Shown: positions 1 through 8,875 of the stretch, piece by piece
Layout: each line of letters begins with the position of its first letter
Position numbering within the stretch: the first letter of the stretch is position 1
Origin: Horticoccus luteus
Lineage (GTDB): Bacteria; Verrucomicrobiota; Verrucomicrobiia; Opitutales; Opitutaceae
Direction of reading: 5' to 3'
Assembly: GCF_019464535.1 (NCBI RefSeq)
Contig: NZ_CP080507.1
Location: forward strand, 2,580,001-2,612,000
DNA length: 32,000 nt
Made by a program: the position numbers and the translations under genes
Notes under the pieces: model-generated
Database searches by the model: none
Seen by the model: only the letters and a program-made list of their open reading frames with translations
Told to the model about the DNA's origin: nothing

Positions 1-440
1 AACTCACGGGAAACCACCGAGACGTTCATCGGCACCTTTTGAATCTCCATGCCGATGCGGGTGGCGGTCGCGGCGTTCGTTTTCAGGTAACCATGGTCGC
101 GGTCGCTTCTCACTTCGAAGGCCGACATGACCGTCACGCCGCTGTCCGTCGGCAGACTGCGCGACGAGGACGCGGTGGTGTTCGCAGGACTCTCCGCGGG
201 CGCGACCGCGCGCGGGCTGGCCGGCGCCGCGGCCGGCGTTTCGGCCGGCGGCGTCTGGTGGCGAAGCTTCGCGTTTTCGCTGCGCAACGCGGCGTTTTCC
301 GCTTCCAGACGATCGACGATTGACTGCAAGCTCTCCTGCGCGCGCAACGGATTGGCGAGCAGAGCGATTAGGAATATAAAACCAAACCCGAGGCCGAGGG
401 ATCGCCGCGGGCGGTTGGAGTGTAGTTTCTTGGGGTTCAT
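1..440 (-). CDS. TonB-dependent receptor, N-terminal fragment (gene continues past the left edge)
   Basis: Absent from the ORF track because there is no stop in the window. The reverse complement of 438-440 is ATG. My translation has four parts: MNPKKLHSNRPRRSLGLGFGFIFLIALLANPLRAQ (signal peptide); ESLQSIVDRLEAENAALRSENAKLRHQ (heptad-like); an Ala/Pro-rich linker; and VTVMSAFEVRSDRDHGYLKTNAATATRIGMEIQKVPMNVSVVSREF. The last part looks like the start of a TonB-dependent receptor plug domain. Confidence 0.7.
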   Translation of the reverse strand, partial: MNPKKLHSNRPRRSLGLGFGFIFLIALLANPLRAQESLQSIVDRLEAENAALRSENAKLRHQTPPAETPAAAPASPRAVAPAESPANTTASSSRSLPTDSGVTVMSAFEVRSDRDHGYLKTNAATATRIGMEIQKVPMNVSVVSRE

Positions 441-575
441 AGGTTTGCGACGTCTCAGACCATGGAATTGATCCTGATATACTGAAGCCGGCGGGGTAGA
501 GGATCGTCGCGAACGGGATGTAGATTACGCTTGTGAAACAAGTCGCCGCGGTCGTGTTGGAAGCGTTGCAATCCC
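441..575. promoter_or_regulatory. Divergent intergenic region between the TonB-dependent receptor and the LacI regulator (promoters/operator expected)
   Basis: 135-nt non-coding gap between divergent starts, locally more AT-rich (ATTGATCCTGATATACTGAAG). It contains a small inverted repeat CTTGT-GAA-ACAAG at 530-542. No promoter consensus can be assigned confidently. Confidence 0.35.
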
Positions 576-1634
576 ATGCTCCCCGCCCCTGTCACGCTTA
601 GTGTTTTGGCTAAGAATTGTCAGCTCTCGGTGGCCACGGTCTCCCGCGCGCTCTCCGGGCATCCCAATGTCAAACCCGAGGTCCGCGCCCGCGTGCTGCG
701 TGTCGCCGAGCAATGCGGTTACCGACGCAATCAGCTCGTCAGCGAGTTGATGGGGCAGATGCGGGGCCGCCGCACCCAGCAATTCATCGGCAACCTGGCT
801 GTCGTCCACGTGCCCACGCCCAGTCAGCCCGCCATGCGACCGATGCAACGCCGCATGATCACGTCCGCCCAAGCTCGCGGACAGGAACTCGGCTTCGCGG
901 TCGAAGTTTTCAGTCTGAATCGTGAGAGCGGTGGTCCGGCCACGTTGGGACGCGTGCTGCGCGCCCGCGGCATCGTCGGCGTGATTTTTCTCCAACCCAA
1001 CTCCAACGATACCACGAACGGCTTTCCTTGGGCGAATTTTGCGACGTTGCAGATCGATTACGGGTCACCGATTCCGAAGCTGCACACCGTTTGCCTCGAT
1101 CATCATCTCACGCTGACCAGTGCGCTCGGCCAACTCCGCTCCTTGGGCTATGGCCGCGCTGGCATGTTCATCGAACGGCACAAAGACGAGCGCCTCATTC
1201 ACAAATGGTCCGCGGCGTTTCGCTCCTTCCAAGAAAACCAAGGCGGGATCGATCACCTCCCCGTGCTGATGGCTGACCACATGAATCCCGCTACTTTCAT
1301 GGACTGGTATCGCCGCCACCGCCCCGATCTCATCATCGGACACGTTGATCAAGTGTTGGGCTGGCTTCGCGCGGCCGGAGTTTCCGCGCCCGCGGATATC
1401 GGTTTCTTCAATTTGAACTGGAACGAGCGCTCCGAGACCTGCGCCGGGCTGGACCTGCAACCTGAACTTCACGGCATCGTTGCCGTGGAAACCATTGCCG
1501 CCCAAATCCACCGCCACGAGAGCGGCTTGCCCGATGACCCGCGCACCGTCGCCATCAGTGGCAAATGGGTCGATGGCCCCACGGTGCGCGCCACGGCCGC
1601 TGCGCCCGAGCGTCACGCGGCACCGACCCACTGA
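576..1634 (+). CDS. LacI-family transcriptional regulator
   Basis: ATG at 576. N-terminal HTH LAKNCQLSVATVSRALSGHPNVKPEVRARVLRVAEQCGYRRNQL is the classical LacI/PurR DNA-binding signature. It is followed by a ~290-aa periplasmic-binding-protein-like sugar-binding core. Confidence 0.9.
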   Translation: MLPAPVTLSVLAKNCQLSVATVSRALSGHPNVKPEVRARVLRVAEQCGYRRNQLVSELMGQMRGRRTQQFIGNLAVVHVPTPSQPAMRPMQRRMITSAQARGQELGFAVEVFSLNRESGGPATLGRVLRARGIVGVIFLQPNSNDTTNGFPWANFATLQIDYGSPIPKLHTVCLDHHLTLTSALGQLRSLGYGRAGMFIERHKDERLIHKWSAAFRSFQENQGGIDHLPVLMADHMNPATFMDWYRRHRPDLIIGHVDQVLGWLRAAGVSAPADIGFFNLNWNERSETCAGLDLQPELHGIVAVETIAAQIHRHESGLPDDPRTVAISGKWVDGPTVRATAAAPERHAAPTH

Positions 1635-1823
1635 ACGCGTTTGCAGCGGGGCAGACGCGCGCCAGCGGCGGGAAGCTCGTGTTGTTTCCCGCGATCCTGA
1701 ACTCGCGCGCACGCGCACCCGAGCTCGTGGGCATCCGGGCCCGCATCCCGGCCCACCCTCACCGCTTTGGGTGAGCGCCTCGATTTCCCGCGGGCGGGCG
1801 GCCGTCACGCCCGCCGACCGAAA

Positions 1824-3710
1824 TCACCGCGTTGCCGCAACCGGCGCCTCGCTGATCTCATCGACCAGAGCGGCAAACGTCGCGTAGCCATCGAGGCGCG
1901 CCTTGGCCGAAGCGCACGTTTCCTCCGGCACGAGCCCCGTGGCTTCGGCGAGAAACACGATGTAGCGCGCGACCCCTTTGGCGTAGAGCAACTGCGTTTC
2001 CGGACTGATCGCATAAAACCGCGCGCGTTGCTGGTAGCCCGCGGGCGAATGATCGCCGAGGGAGGATTTTGCCGGGCGCCCTCCCGCCGCGAGCACGTAG
2101 AGGAAGTTATACTCGAAGAAGAACATGTGCTCCGGACTCGCCGGCAACGCCTCCAGCGCGGCGCGCGTCGCCTCCGGCGAGCCGAACAACAGGGCGTCGT
2201 CGTGCGCCAACGGGCTGCCGCACTTCACCAGCGGATCGACAATGAACGTGCGGGCCATCTTTTGCTCCGTCGCGTCGTTGCTGAACGCTCCGGCCAGCGC
2301 CATCTCCAGCGTGAACCGATACCAGTCGCGCCACAGCGCCTGATCCGCCGCGGTGCGCGATTGCGCGATGGCGACGCCCATTTCGTAGGTGTAACGGCCG
2401 CTCGTCTTAATCTCCAGCCGGCTGCCGGTCACCTCGCCCATCACGCGATAATTTTCCGCCGATTTGCCCGAGCCGGAGTGGAAGCCGATGCTGACGCCGA
2501 ACTTCTCGCACACCGCCCACTGCCGCGCGATCAGCGTGCGCAACGCCGCGTTGTCGGGATACGGCATGTTTTTCTGAAAGCCGAATGCCGGGGCCACGAA
2601 GTTCACCGGCATCTCCAGCACCTCGCACAACGCCAGCATCACCGCGGTCGTCTCCGGCGTGGTGAGGCCGGGCAGTTCATCGATGGAGAGCTCCCGCAGA
2701 TACGTGCGTCCGATGTCGGTCGTAAACGCCGCCGCCCGCGCCGTGGCGTATTTGTCGTCGCGTTGCTTCATTTTCAGCATCGCCGGCCAGACGGTGCCGA
2801 GCAATCGCCCGAACGCCGCATCGTCGAGGGCCAGGCCCGCCTGCGCCACCCGGGCGCGCGTTTGCTGCACGATCGCCGCCGGCACATCCGCGATGACCGC
2901 CGGTCGATTCAACGCCAGTTCCGGCGACAGATCGAAGGTGATGTAGCTCGCGAGCAGGCATCCGCGCACCAGATCGTCCTCTCGCGCATCGAACTTGCCG
3001 CCGATCGGCTGGTGATCCGCATTGAAACTCCACGCAATGCGCCGCTGGTGAAACCCCGACTTCAGTTTCGCCAACACGCAGCCGTGGCTCATGCCCTCGA
3101 CGCTCTGCCCTTGGTGACCTTCGGGCACATTCGTGCCGATAAAGGGGAACGGCACCGAATCGAGCCGCCCTTCCAGCATCGCGTTCACATCGTAAACGAG
3201 TTCGCGCGGAATGCTGTTTTGATTCGCCGTGACGCCGAGATCGAGCGCGCTCATCGCCCAATCCACCGCCGGCCAGTGCAAGGTCGTGAAACGCGCGCCA
3301 ATGCCGAGGGTGCTGCGGCCCAATTGCGCGCCGCTCGTCGGAAAAATCGTCGCTCCCGCATCGTGTTCCTGCACCAGATTTTTCAGGCGCAGCAGGTTTT
3401 CCCACGTCGCCGGAAACACCATCGTGCCGCCGCCCACGCGGACGCCACCCGTCAACACGCCGCCCGCGCCGTTCGCCGCCTGCGTCGTCAGCCGCCAGGC
3501 GCAATCGCCCGTCCCTTCGTCCTCCAGCAGGGTCCACTCGCCCGCCGCCGTCGCGAAGTGGCTTTTCGGCCACTCCTTGATGGCACCACCAGCGACGAGC
3601 CGGGCGCTCAGCGCCGCCCAATCGAGACAAAAATCGGGGCTGACACAGGGATTCTGCGCAATGCGCAGGTCGTGTTGCCGCAGGAATGAATTAATCGCGT
3701 TCGTGTTCAA
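1824..3710 (-). CDS. uxaE: Tagaturonate/fructuronate epimerase (UxaE family), long form
   Basis: Three motifs align with my recollection of Thermotoga UxaE: LGIGARFTTLHWPAV...ANQNSIPRE, SFNADHQP and GFHSGSGKS...LEIKTSGRYTYE (cf. SFGTGDRLG...AQQSVRE, GADADH, SLHSGSDKF...HVKTAGTSYLE). The start is TTG at 3710, preceded by AGGGAG 9 nt upstream. There is no signal peptide. Confidence 0.7.
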   Translation of the reverse strand: MNTNAINSFLRQHDLRIAQNPCVSPDFCLDWAALSARLVAGGAIKEWPKSHFATAAGEWTLLEDEGTGDCAWRLTTQAANGAGGVLTGGVRVGGGTMVFPATWENLLRLKNLVQEHDAGATIFPTSGAQLGRSTLGIGARFTTLHWPAVDWAMSALDLGVTANQNSIPRELVYDVNAMLEGRLDSVPFPFIGTNVPEGHQGQSVEGMSHGCVLAKLKSGFHQRRIAWSFNADHQPIGGKFDAREDDLVRGCLLASYITFDLSPELALNRPAVIADVPAAIVQQTRARVAQAGLALDDAAFGRLLGTVWPAMLKMKQRDDKYATARAAAFTTDIGRTYLRELSIDELPGLTTPETTAVMLALCEVLEMPVNFVAPAFGFQKNMPYPDNAALRTLIARQWAVCEKFGVSIGFHSGSGKSAENYRVMGEVTGSRLEIKTSGRYTYEMGVAIAQSRTAADQALWRDWYRFTLEMALAGAFSNDATEQKMARTFIVDPLVKCGSPLAHDDALLFGSPEATRAALEALPASPEHMFFFEYNFLYVLAAGGRPAKSSLGDHSPAGYQQRARFYAISPETQLLYAKGVARYIVFLAEATGLVPEETCASAKARLDGYATFAALVDEISEAPVAATR

Positions 3711-3725
3711 AATCGTGGTCTCCCT

Positions 3726-4514
3726 TTAAATGGTCATGGCGTGGTAACCGCCGTCGACGATCAGCTCTTCGCCGGTGATGAACGAGCCCGCACCTTCGCT
3801 CGCCAGCAGCAGCGTGGCGCCGATCAATTCGCGGGCCTCCCCAAAGCGTTTGGCCGGCGTGTGGCCCATGATGCTCGCGACGCGGTCCGGCGTAAGCACC
3901 TTGCGGTTCTGCTCCGCCGGAAAAAAGCCCGGCACCAGCACGTTGACGCGCACCCGGTGCGGCGCCCACTCGCGCGCGAGATTGAGCGTGAGATTGTGCA
4001 CCGCGCCCTTCGTCGCCGAATAGGTGAACACCCGCGAAAGCGGCACCACGCCCGACATCGAGCCGAGATTGATGATCGAGCCGCCTTCGCCGCGCTCGAC
4101 GAGATACTTCCCGAAAACCTGGCAGCCCAGAAACACGCCCTTCATGTTCACGCGCACGATGCGGTCGAACTCGTCTTCCGTAATGTCGAGGAACGGCGTG
4201 GCGGAATTGATGCCCGCGCCGTTGACGACGATGTCCACGCGTCCGCTGCGTGCCAACACCGCCGCGAGGAGCGCCTCCAACTCCGCCTTGCTGGTGGCTT
4301 CGGCGGCGTAAAACCACGCCTTGCCGCCCGCCGCCGTGATGCGGTCAACCCGCGCCTGCGCCTTTTCGGCGTTGCGTCCCACCAGCACAACGTCCGCGCC
4401 CGCGCCGGCGAGACCCTCGGCCATCGCGCCGCACAACTCGCCGGTGCCGCCGATCACGACGGCGACGCGGCCGGTGAGGCCAAACAAATTAGTCAGATAA
4501 CTTTCAGGATGCAT
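3726..4514 (-). CDS. Short-chain dehydrogenase/reductase (classical SDR), candidate fructuronate/hexuronate-pathway reductase
   Basis: Motifs seen: GGTGELCG (TGxxxGxG), NGAG, and the S...YSATK catalytic triad. I prefer the ATG at 4514 ([20 protein letters not shown]) over the track start at 4580, which would overlap the upstream gene. The specific role is inferred only from adjacency to uxaE. Confidence 0.85.
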   Translation of the reverse strand: MHPESYLTNLFGLTGRVAVVIGGTGELCGAMAEGLAGAGADVVLVGRNAEKAQARVDRITAAGGKAWFYAAEATSKAELEALLAAVLARSGRVDIVVNGAGINSATPFLDITEDEFDRIVRVNMKGVFLGCQVFGKYLVERGEGGSIINLGSMSGVVPLSRVFTYSATKGAVHNLTLNLAREWAPHRVRVNVLVPGFFPAEQNRKVLTPDRVASIMGHTPAKRFGEARELIGATLLLASEGAGSFITGEELIVDGGYHAMTI

Positions 4515-4530
4515 AAATTGAAAATGAGGT

Positions 4531-6099
4531 TCAGGGCAGCGGCTCCACACGGAACCACGCGAAATCGGCGGGGCCGGCAACGCTGACGTTGGTAGCGTCG
4601 TTGAACAGACCGACTTTCGCTCCGATCCATCGGCCCGGCACCGCTGTAAATAGCCCGCCGAGGGGCGAAAACGTGTGCCCGTCGGAGCTGAAGCTGAATT
4701 CGCAGCACCCGTGCTCGCGCACCGTCACGCGGATAAAAATCGCGCCGGTCGCCGCCGGTGCAGTCGACACGACCGCCGGTGACTCCGCGGGATCGCCGCC
4801 TCGCACGATTTCGACGCCGTTCGCGCTGCGCTGCAGTCCCATCCACGCCGACTTTTCTCCTGCCACAATCAATCCCGCGCGCTGGCCGAGCCCCGGCGAG
4901 GGCAGTTCCAGGCGCGTCGTCACGACAAACGTTGGGGCGGGAAATTTTTGCAGCAGCAAATACGGGGCGAGCGAAAGCGGTGCGACCGCCGCCTGCGGGT
5001 GCAGACGCAATGCGCCCGGACGATCGGTCAGCGAAAACCAACCTTCGCGCGGATTGGCGGGCCACTGCCATTGCAGTCCCAACGTCGGCGAATCGAACGC
5101 ATCGCTCGTCGGCGGCGTCGCCCGCGGCTCCGGCGGCAGCGTGGGTTTGCGGTGGGTGAGCACCGGCTCCCCGCGCCCATCGCCGTCGGGATCGCTGCCG
5201 ATCACGGGCCAGCCCTCGCGCCACACCACCGGCTCCAAATGCACCACGCGACCATACGCATCGAGATCCTGGAAATGCACGAACCACCACTCGCCCTTCG
5301 GCGTATCAACCAGCGCACCTTGGTGCGGCCCGTTGATGGCCGTGCTCCCTTGAGCCAGCACGATGCGCGCCTCGTAAGGGCCGCGCACGTCGCGCGCCCG
5401 AAACACCGATTGCCAGCCCGTCTTTACGCCGCCCGCCGGCGCAAAGATATAATACCAGCCGTCGCGGCGATAAAACTTCGGTCCCTCCAGCGTGCTATAG
5501 TCCGGCAGCGCGTGGCCATCGACGATCACGCCGAGATCTTCCTCCACGCGCGTGCCGCCCGCGTCGAGGCGCAGCAACGTGAGCACGTTATTGATGCCCG
5601 CACGACTCTTCGCCCACGCATGGACGAGATAGACGCGGCCATCCTCATCCCACAACGGGCAGGGATCGATCAATCCGCGCCCCGCCTGCACCAACACCGG
5701 GGCACTCCACGGCCCGCGCGGGTCCGCCGCCGTGATGACATAGAGACCAAAATCCGGATCCGGATAATAGATCCAAAAACGCCCCGCGTGATGCCGAATC
5801 GCCGGCGCCCACACGCCTTTTCCCGGCTGTGGACTCGCGAACGCCTCCTCCGGCACCAGCCGTGGCAACGCGTGCGCCGCGAGCGTCCAATTCACCAAGT
5901 CCCGCGAGTGCAGCAGCGGCAACCCCGGCACGCAACTGAAGCTCGACGCCGTCAGCCAATAGTCATCGCCCACCCGCACCACGTCGGGGTCGGAGTAATC
6001 CGCATAAAGCACCGGGTTGCGGTAGCGCCCATCGCCGAGGTCCGGCTGCCAAGGCGAAACGCAAGCAAGAGTCATGGCGGCGGCAAGGGGCAGCATCAT
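4531..6099 (-). CDS. Glycoside hydrolase family 43 (beta-xylosidase/alpha-L-arabinofuranosidase type) with C-terminal concanavalin-like domain
   Basis: [29 protein letters not shown]...[12 protein letters not shown] is a typical GH43 five-bladed propeller N-terminus. A ~200-aa beta-sandwich tail follows. N-terminal signal [16 protein letters not shown]. The ATG at 6099 overlaps the upstream stop (ATGA). Confidence 0.9.
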   Translation of the reverse strand: MMLPLAAAMTLACVSPWQPDLGDGRYRNPVLYADYSDPDVVRVGDDYWLTASSFSCVPGLPLLHSRDLVNWTLAAHALPRLVPEEAFASPQPGKGVWAPAIRHHAGRFWIYYPDPDFGLYVITAADPRGPWSAPVLVQAGRGLIDPCPLWDEDGRVYLVHAWAKSRAGINNVLTLLRLDAGGTRVEEDLGVIVDGHALPDYSTLEGPKFYRRDGWYYIFAPAGGVKTGWQSVFRARDVRGPYEARIVLAQGSTAINGPHQGALVDTPKGEWWFVHFQDLDAYGRVVHLEPVVWREGWPVIGSDPDGDGRGEPVLTHRKPTLPPEPRATPPTSDAFDSPTLGLQWQWPANPREGWFSLTDRPGALRLHPQAAVAPLSLAPYLLLQKFPAPTFVVTTRLELPSPGLGQRAGLIVAGEKSAWMGLQRSANGVEIVRGGDPAESPAVVSTAPAATGAIFIRVTVREHGCCEFSFSSDGHTFSPLGGLFTAVPGRWIGAKVGLFNDATNVSVAGPADFAWFRVEPLP

Positions 6100-7472
6100 G
6101 ATGTCCGAACAGTGGCCACGCCCAGCCGCGGCACCAGCAATTGCAACGCGAACAACGACAACAAATACATTCCGGAAAAATACGCGAAGACCGGCACATA
6201 ACTCCCCGTGCGCTGCAGGATTTCGCCGGTGAAACCGTTGACGAAACCGCCCGTGAAATAGGCTGTAAACCCGCCCAAGCCCACGACCGAGCTGATCGCC
6301 TCACGCGGCATGGTGTCGGAAACAACGCTGAACAAGTTCGCCGACCAACCTTGGTGCGCCGAGCCCGCGAGTCCCACGATCGCCACCGCCAGCCACACCG
6401 TGCCGGCATACGGCGCAAAAAATACCGGCACCACGGCAACCGCGCAGATCAAGAGCGAGATCTTACGCGCCCCGTTCACCGTCCATCCGCGTTCCAGCAA
6501 CCACCCGGCGAGCCACCCGCCCGCAATCCCGCCCACCGCGGCCAGTGCGAAAAACGCACCCGTCCACCACCCCACTGCCTGGGTCGTGAGACCGAAGCGT
6601 TTCGTCAGAAAGTCGGGGACAAAAAATTGATAGAAACCCCACGCCGGCCCGGCGAGAATGCTGGCGATAACGTAAGCCCAAACCGCCCGATGCCGCAGCA
6701 GCGGAAGCCACGGCATCCGCGTCGGCACCGCTTCCGCCGGCGGCTGGCCCTCGCGGATATAATCGCGCTCGGCGGCTGAAAGATGCCGTGCCTGCTCCGG
6801 CGAATCATAAACCAGCCACCACGCGATCACCCACACGAAGCCGGCGCCGCCCGTGATATAGAAGGTCGATTGCCAGCCCAGATGCGCGTAAAGCCACGGC
6901 ACGCCGATCGGGCAGATGATCGCGCCGACGTTCGTCCCTGCGTTGAACAGGCCCGTCGCCAGCGCGCGCTCCTTCACAGGAAACCACTCCGCCACGACTT
7001 TGATGGCACCGGGAAAATTACCGCCTTCGGCGAGCCCGAGCGCGATGCGCGCGAGCATGAAGCCCGCCGCCGTCATTGGCATCGTCAGCAGAATCCATCC
7101 GACACTCTTCTCCGCCCACGAAAACCACGGCAGATGCATCGAAAACGTGTGCCCCACGGCGATGAAACCGCACAAACCATGGGCCGTCGCCGCGCAACTC
7201 CAGAGCAGCACAAAAATCGGCAGGCCTTTCTTCACGCCCCAGCGATCCATCAGCCGCCCGCCGAACAAATAACCAAACGCGTAGGCGAACGAGAACGCCG
7301 CGGTGATCCAGCCGTAGTCTGCTTCCGTCCAACCCAGATCGCGACTGAGATCGTTCTTGAGAATCGCCAGCACGAGCCGGTCGATATAGTTCACCGCCAC
7401 CGAGAAAAAAAGGAGACTGCAAATGACCCAGCGGAAACGGCCGGGTGAGGTGGAAGCAGCAGAATGAGACAT
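6096..7472 (-). CDS. MFS transporter, hexuronate (ExuT-like, anion:cation symporter family)
   Basis: Multi-pass hydrophobic protein with FFSVAVNYIDRLVLAILKNDLSRDLGW and FGYLFGGRLMDRWGVKKG motifs typical of ExuT/ACS-family MFS. The start is ambiguous: ATG at 7472, or GTG at 7502 overlapping the GH28 stop. Confidence 0.85.
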   Translation of the reverse strand: MSHSAASTSPGRFRWVICSLLFFSVAVNYIDRLVLAILKNDLSRDLGWTEADYGWITAAFSFAYAFGYLFGGRLMDRWGVKKGLPIFVLLWSCAATAHGLCGFIAVGHTFSMHLPWFSWAEKSVGWILLTMPMTAAGFMLARIALGLAEGGNFPGAIKVVAEWFPVKERALATGLFNAGTNVGAIICPIGVPWLYAHLGWQSTFYITGGAGFVWVIAWWLVYDSPEQARHLSAAERDYIREGQPPAEAVPTRMPWLPLLRHRAVWAYVIASILAGPAWGFYQFFVPDFLTKRFGLTTQAVGWWTGAFFALAAVGGIAGGWLAGWLLERGWTVNGARKISLLICAVAVVPVFFAPYAGTVWLAVAIVGLAGSAHQGWSANLFSVVSDTMPREAISSVVGLGGFTAYFTGGFVNGFTGEILQRTGSYVPVFAYFSGMYLLSLFALQLLVPRLGVATVRTS

Positions 7473-7498
7473 GCGGCAAAGGCGGCTGCGCGGGCGGC

Positions 7499-8875
7499 TC
7501 ACTGTTTTCCGTCGTCGACTATCAGCGGCACGCCGGCGTGCGGTGATCCACGGGTCAGGCCCTCGGTGTTGATCCGATCGCTGTTGTGCGCCACCAGCGC
7601 GGGTCCTTGCGCCGTGTCGATGCGCACACCGCGAAACACCACATCAGCCGCATTGGTGATCGTGAACGCCGATTGCGCCGCAATCTGCACATCGGTGAAC
7701 GTGAAATCGCCCACGGGCATTTCCCGCAGACCGGTGATCGCGCCGGCAATCTTTGCGCCGCGCGCCGTGATGCTGGCAAAATGAAAATCGCGATAACGCG
7801 GCGTGCCTTCGTCCACAGGCCGCACGTCCTCGGGCTGATCGCCGCCCGCATAGAAGGTTGTAATGAGGAACGGCGTCGCCACGTCCTGCATCACGATGTT
7901 GCTCACGGTCACGCCCTCCACCACCCCGCCGCGCCCGCGCTGCGATTTAATGCGAATGCCGGTGTCGGTGCCCTGAAACACGCAATTCGTCACGGTGACA
8001 TTGCGCACGCCGCCCGACATCTCGCTGCCGATCGTCACCCCGCCGTGACCGCGATACATCACGCAATCGGAAATCGTCACATTTTCCGTCGGCCGGCCCA
8101 TCCGGCGCCCGGACGCGTCGCGCCCCGATTTCAATGTCACGCAATCGTCGCCCGTATCGATGCGGCAGCCCGCGATCACGACCTGGCGACAGGCTTCGGG
8201 GTCGATGCCATCGGTGTTGTGCGAACCTTTTTCGCCGAAGATGGCAACGCGCTCGACCCGCACAAATTCGCAGAGCAACGGATGCACGGTCCAGTCGGCG
8301 GCGTTGCGCAGGTTAAGGTTTTCAATGAGCACGTCGCGGCAGCGCACGAGCCGGATTAGTCGCGGCCGGCCACGGCTGAGGTTTTTAACCTCGGCCCTCT
8401 CAGCAGGAGTCGCGGGCGGCCGCCATCCGCGTTTGGGATTTGGGTGCGCGAGTTCGAGCCGTTTCCACCAAATCCGCCCTTGGCCGTCGATCGTGCCGCG
8501 CCCGGTCAGCGTGATATTATCCGCGTCCACGGCGTAGATGAGCGGCGCAATCACTTCCTTCTCTTCGCCCCACTCGTCGGGCGTGGCAGGATAATCGTCC
8601 GGATGCTCGCTCCCCAGAATCGTCGCGCCACCGGCGACTTCCAGCGTGATGTGACTTTTCAACTCAATCGTGCCGCTCAGATAACGTCCCGGGGGGACGA
8701 GCACGGTGCCACCGCCCGCCGACGAGGCCGCCGCCACCGCGCGAGCGAAGGCCGCCGTCTCGATCGTAACCCCATCGCCCGTCGCGCCAAAGTCGCGCAC
8801 ATTAAAAACAGTCGGATGCGCCGCCGCCAAACTCGTGACGAGGGCGAAAAGAAAGGCTGTCCGCCGTCGTTTCAT
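7499..8875 (-). CDS. Glycoside hydrolase family 28 polygalacturonase
   Basis: Full GH28 catalytic signature: NTDGIDP, GDDCVTLKSG, GHGGVTIGSE, RIKSQRGRGG. Likely start is the ATG at 8875 (MKRRRTAFLFALVTSLAAA signal peptide), which forms an ATGA overlap with the upstream stop. The track start at 8962 overlaps the upstream gene. Confidence 0.9.
   Translation of the reverse strand: MKRRRTAFLFALVTSLAAAHPTVFNVRDFGATGDGVTIETAAFARAVAAASSAGGGTVLVPPGRYLSGTIELKSHITLEVAGGATILGSEHPDDYPATPDEWGEEKEVIAPLIYAVDADNITLTGRGTIDGQGRIWWKRLELAHPNPKRGWRPPATPAERAEVKNLSRGRPRLIRLVRCRDVLIENLNLRNAADWTVHPLLCEFVRVERVAIFGEKGSHNTDGIDPEACRQVVIAGCRIDTGDDCVTLKSGRDASGRRMGRPTENVTISDCVMYRGHGGVTIGSEMSGGVRNVTVTNCVFQGTDTGIRIKSQRGRGGVVEGVTVSNIVMQDVATPFLITTFYAGGDQPEDVRPVDEGTPRYRDFHFASITARGAKIAGAITGLREMPVGDFTFTDVQIAAQSAFTITNAADVVFRGVRIDTAQGPALVAHNSDRINTEGLTRGSPHAGVPLIVDDGKQ

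Noticed and set aside
530-542. Inverted repeat CTTGT-GAA-ACAAG upstream of the LacI gene as its operator. Loosely similar AAACAAG strings occur near 16405 and 30790.
   Set aside because: It has only 5-bp arms and lacks the central CG-type palindrome usual for LacI-family operators. The other occurrences are not palindromic. I kept it only as a note within the intergenic feature.
1793-1815. GC-rich hairpin GGCGGGCG-GCCGTCA-CGCCCGCC just downstream of the uxaE stop, in the convergent gap with the LacI gene.
   Set aside because: The stem is plausible, but no U-tract follows on either strand, so I cannot support calling it an intrinsic terminator.
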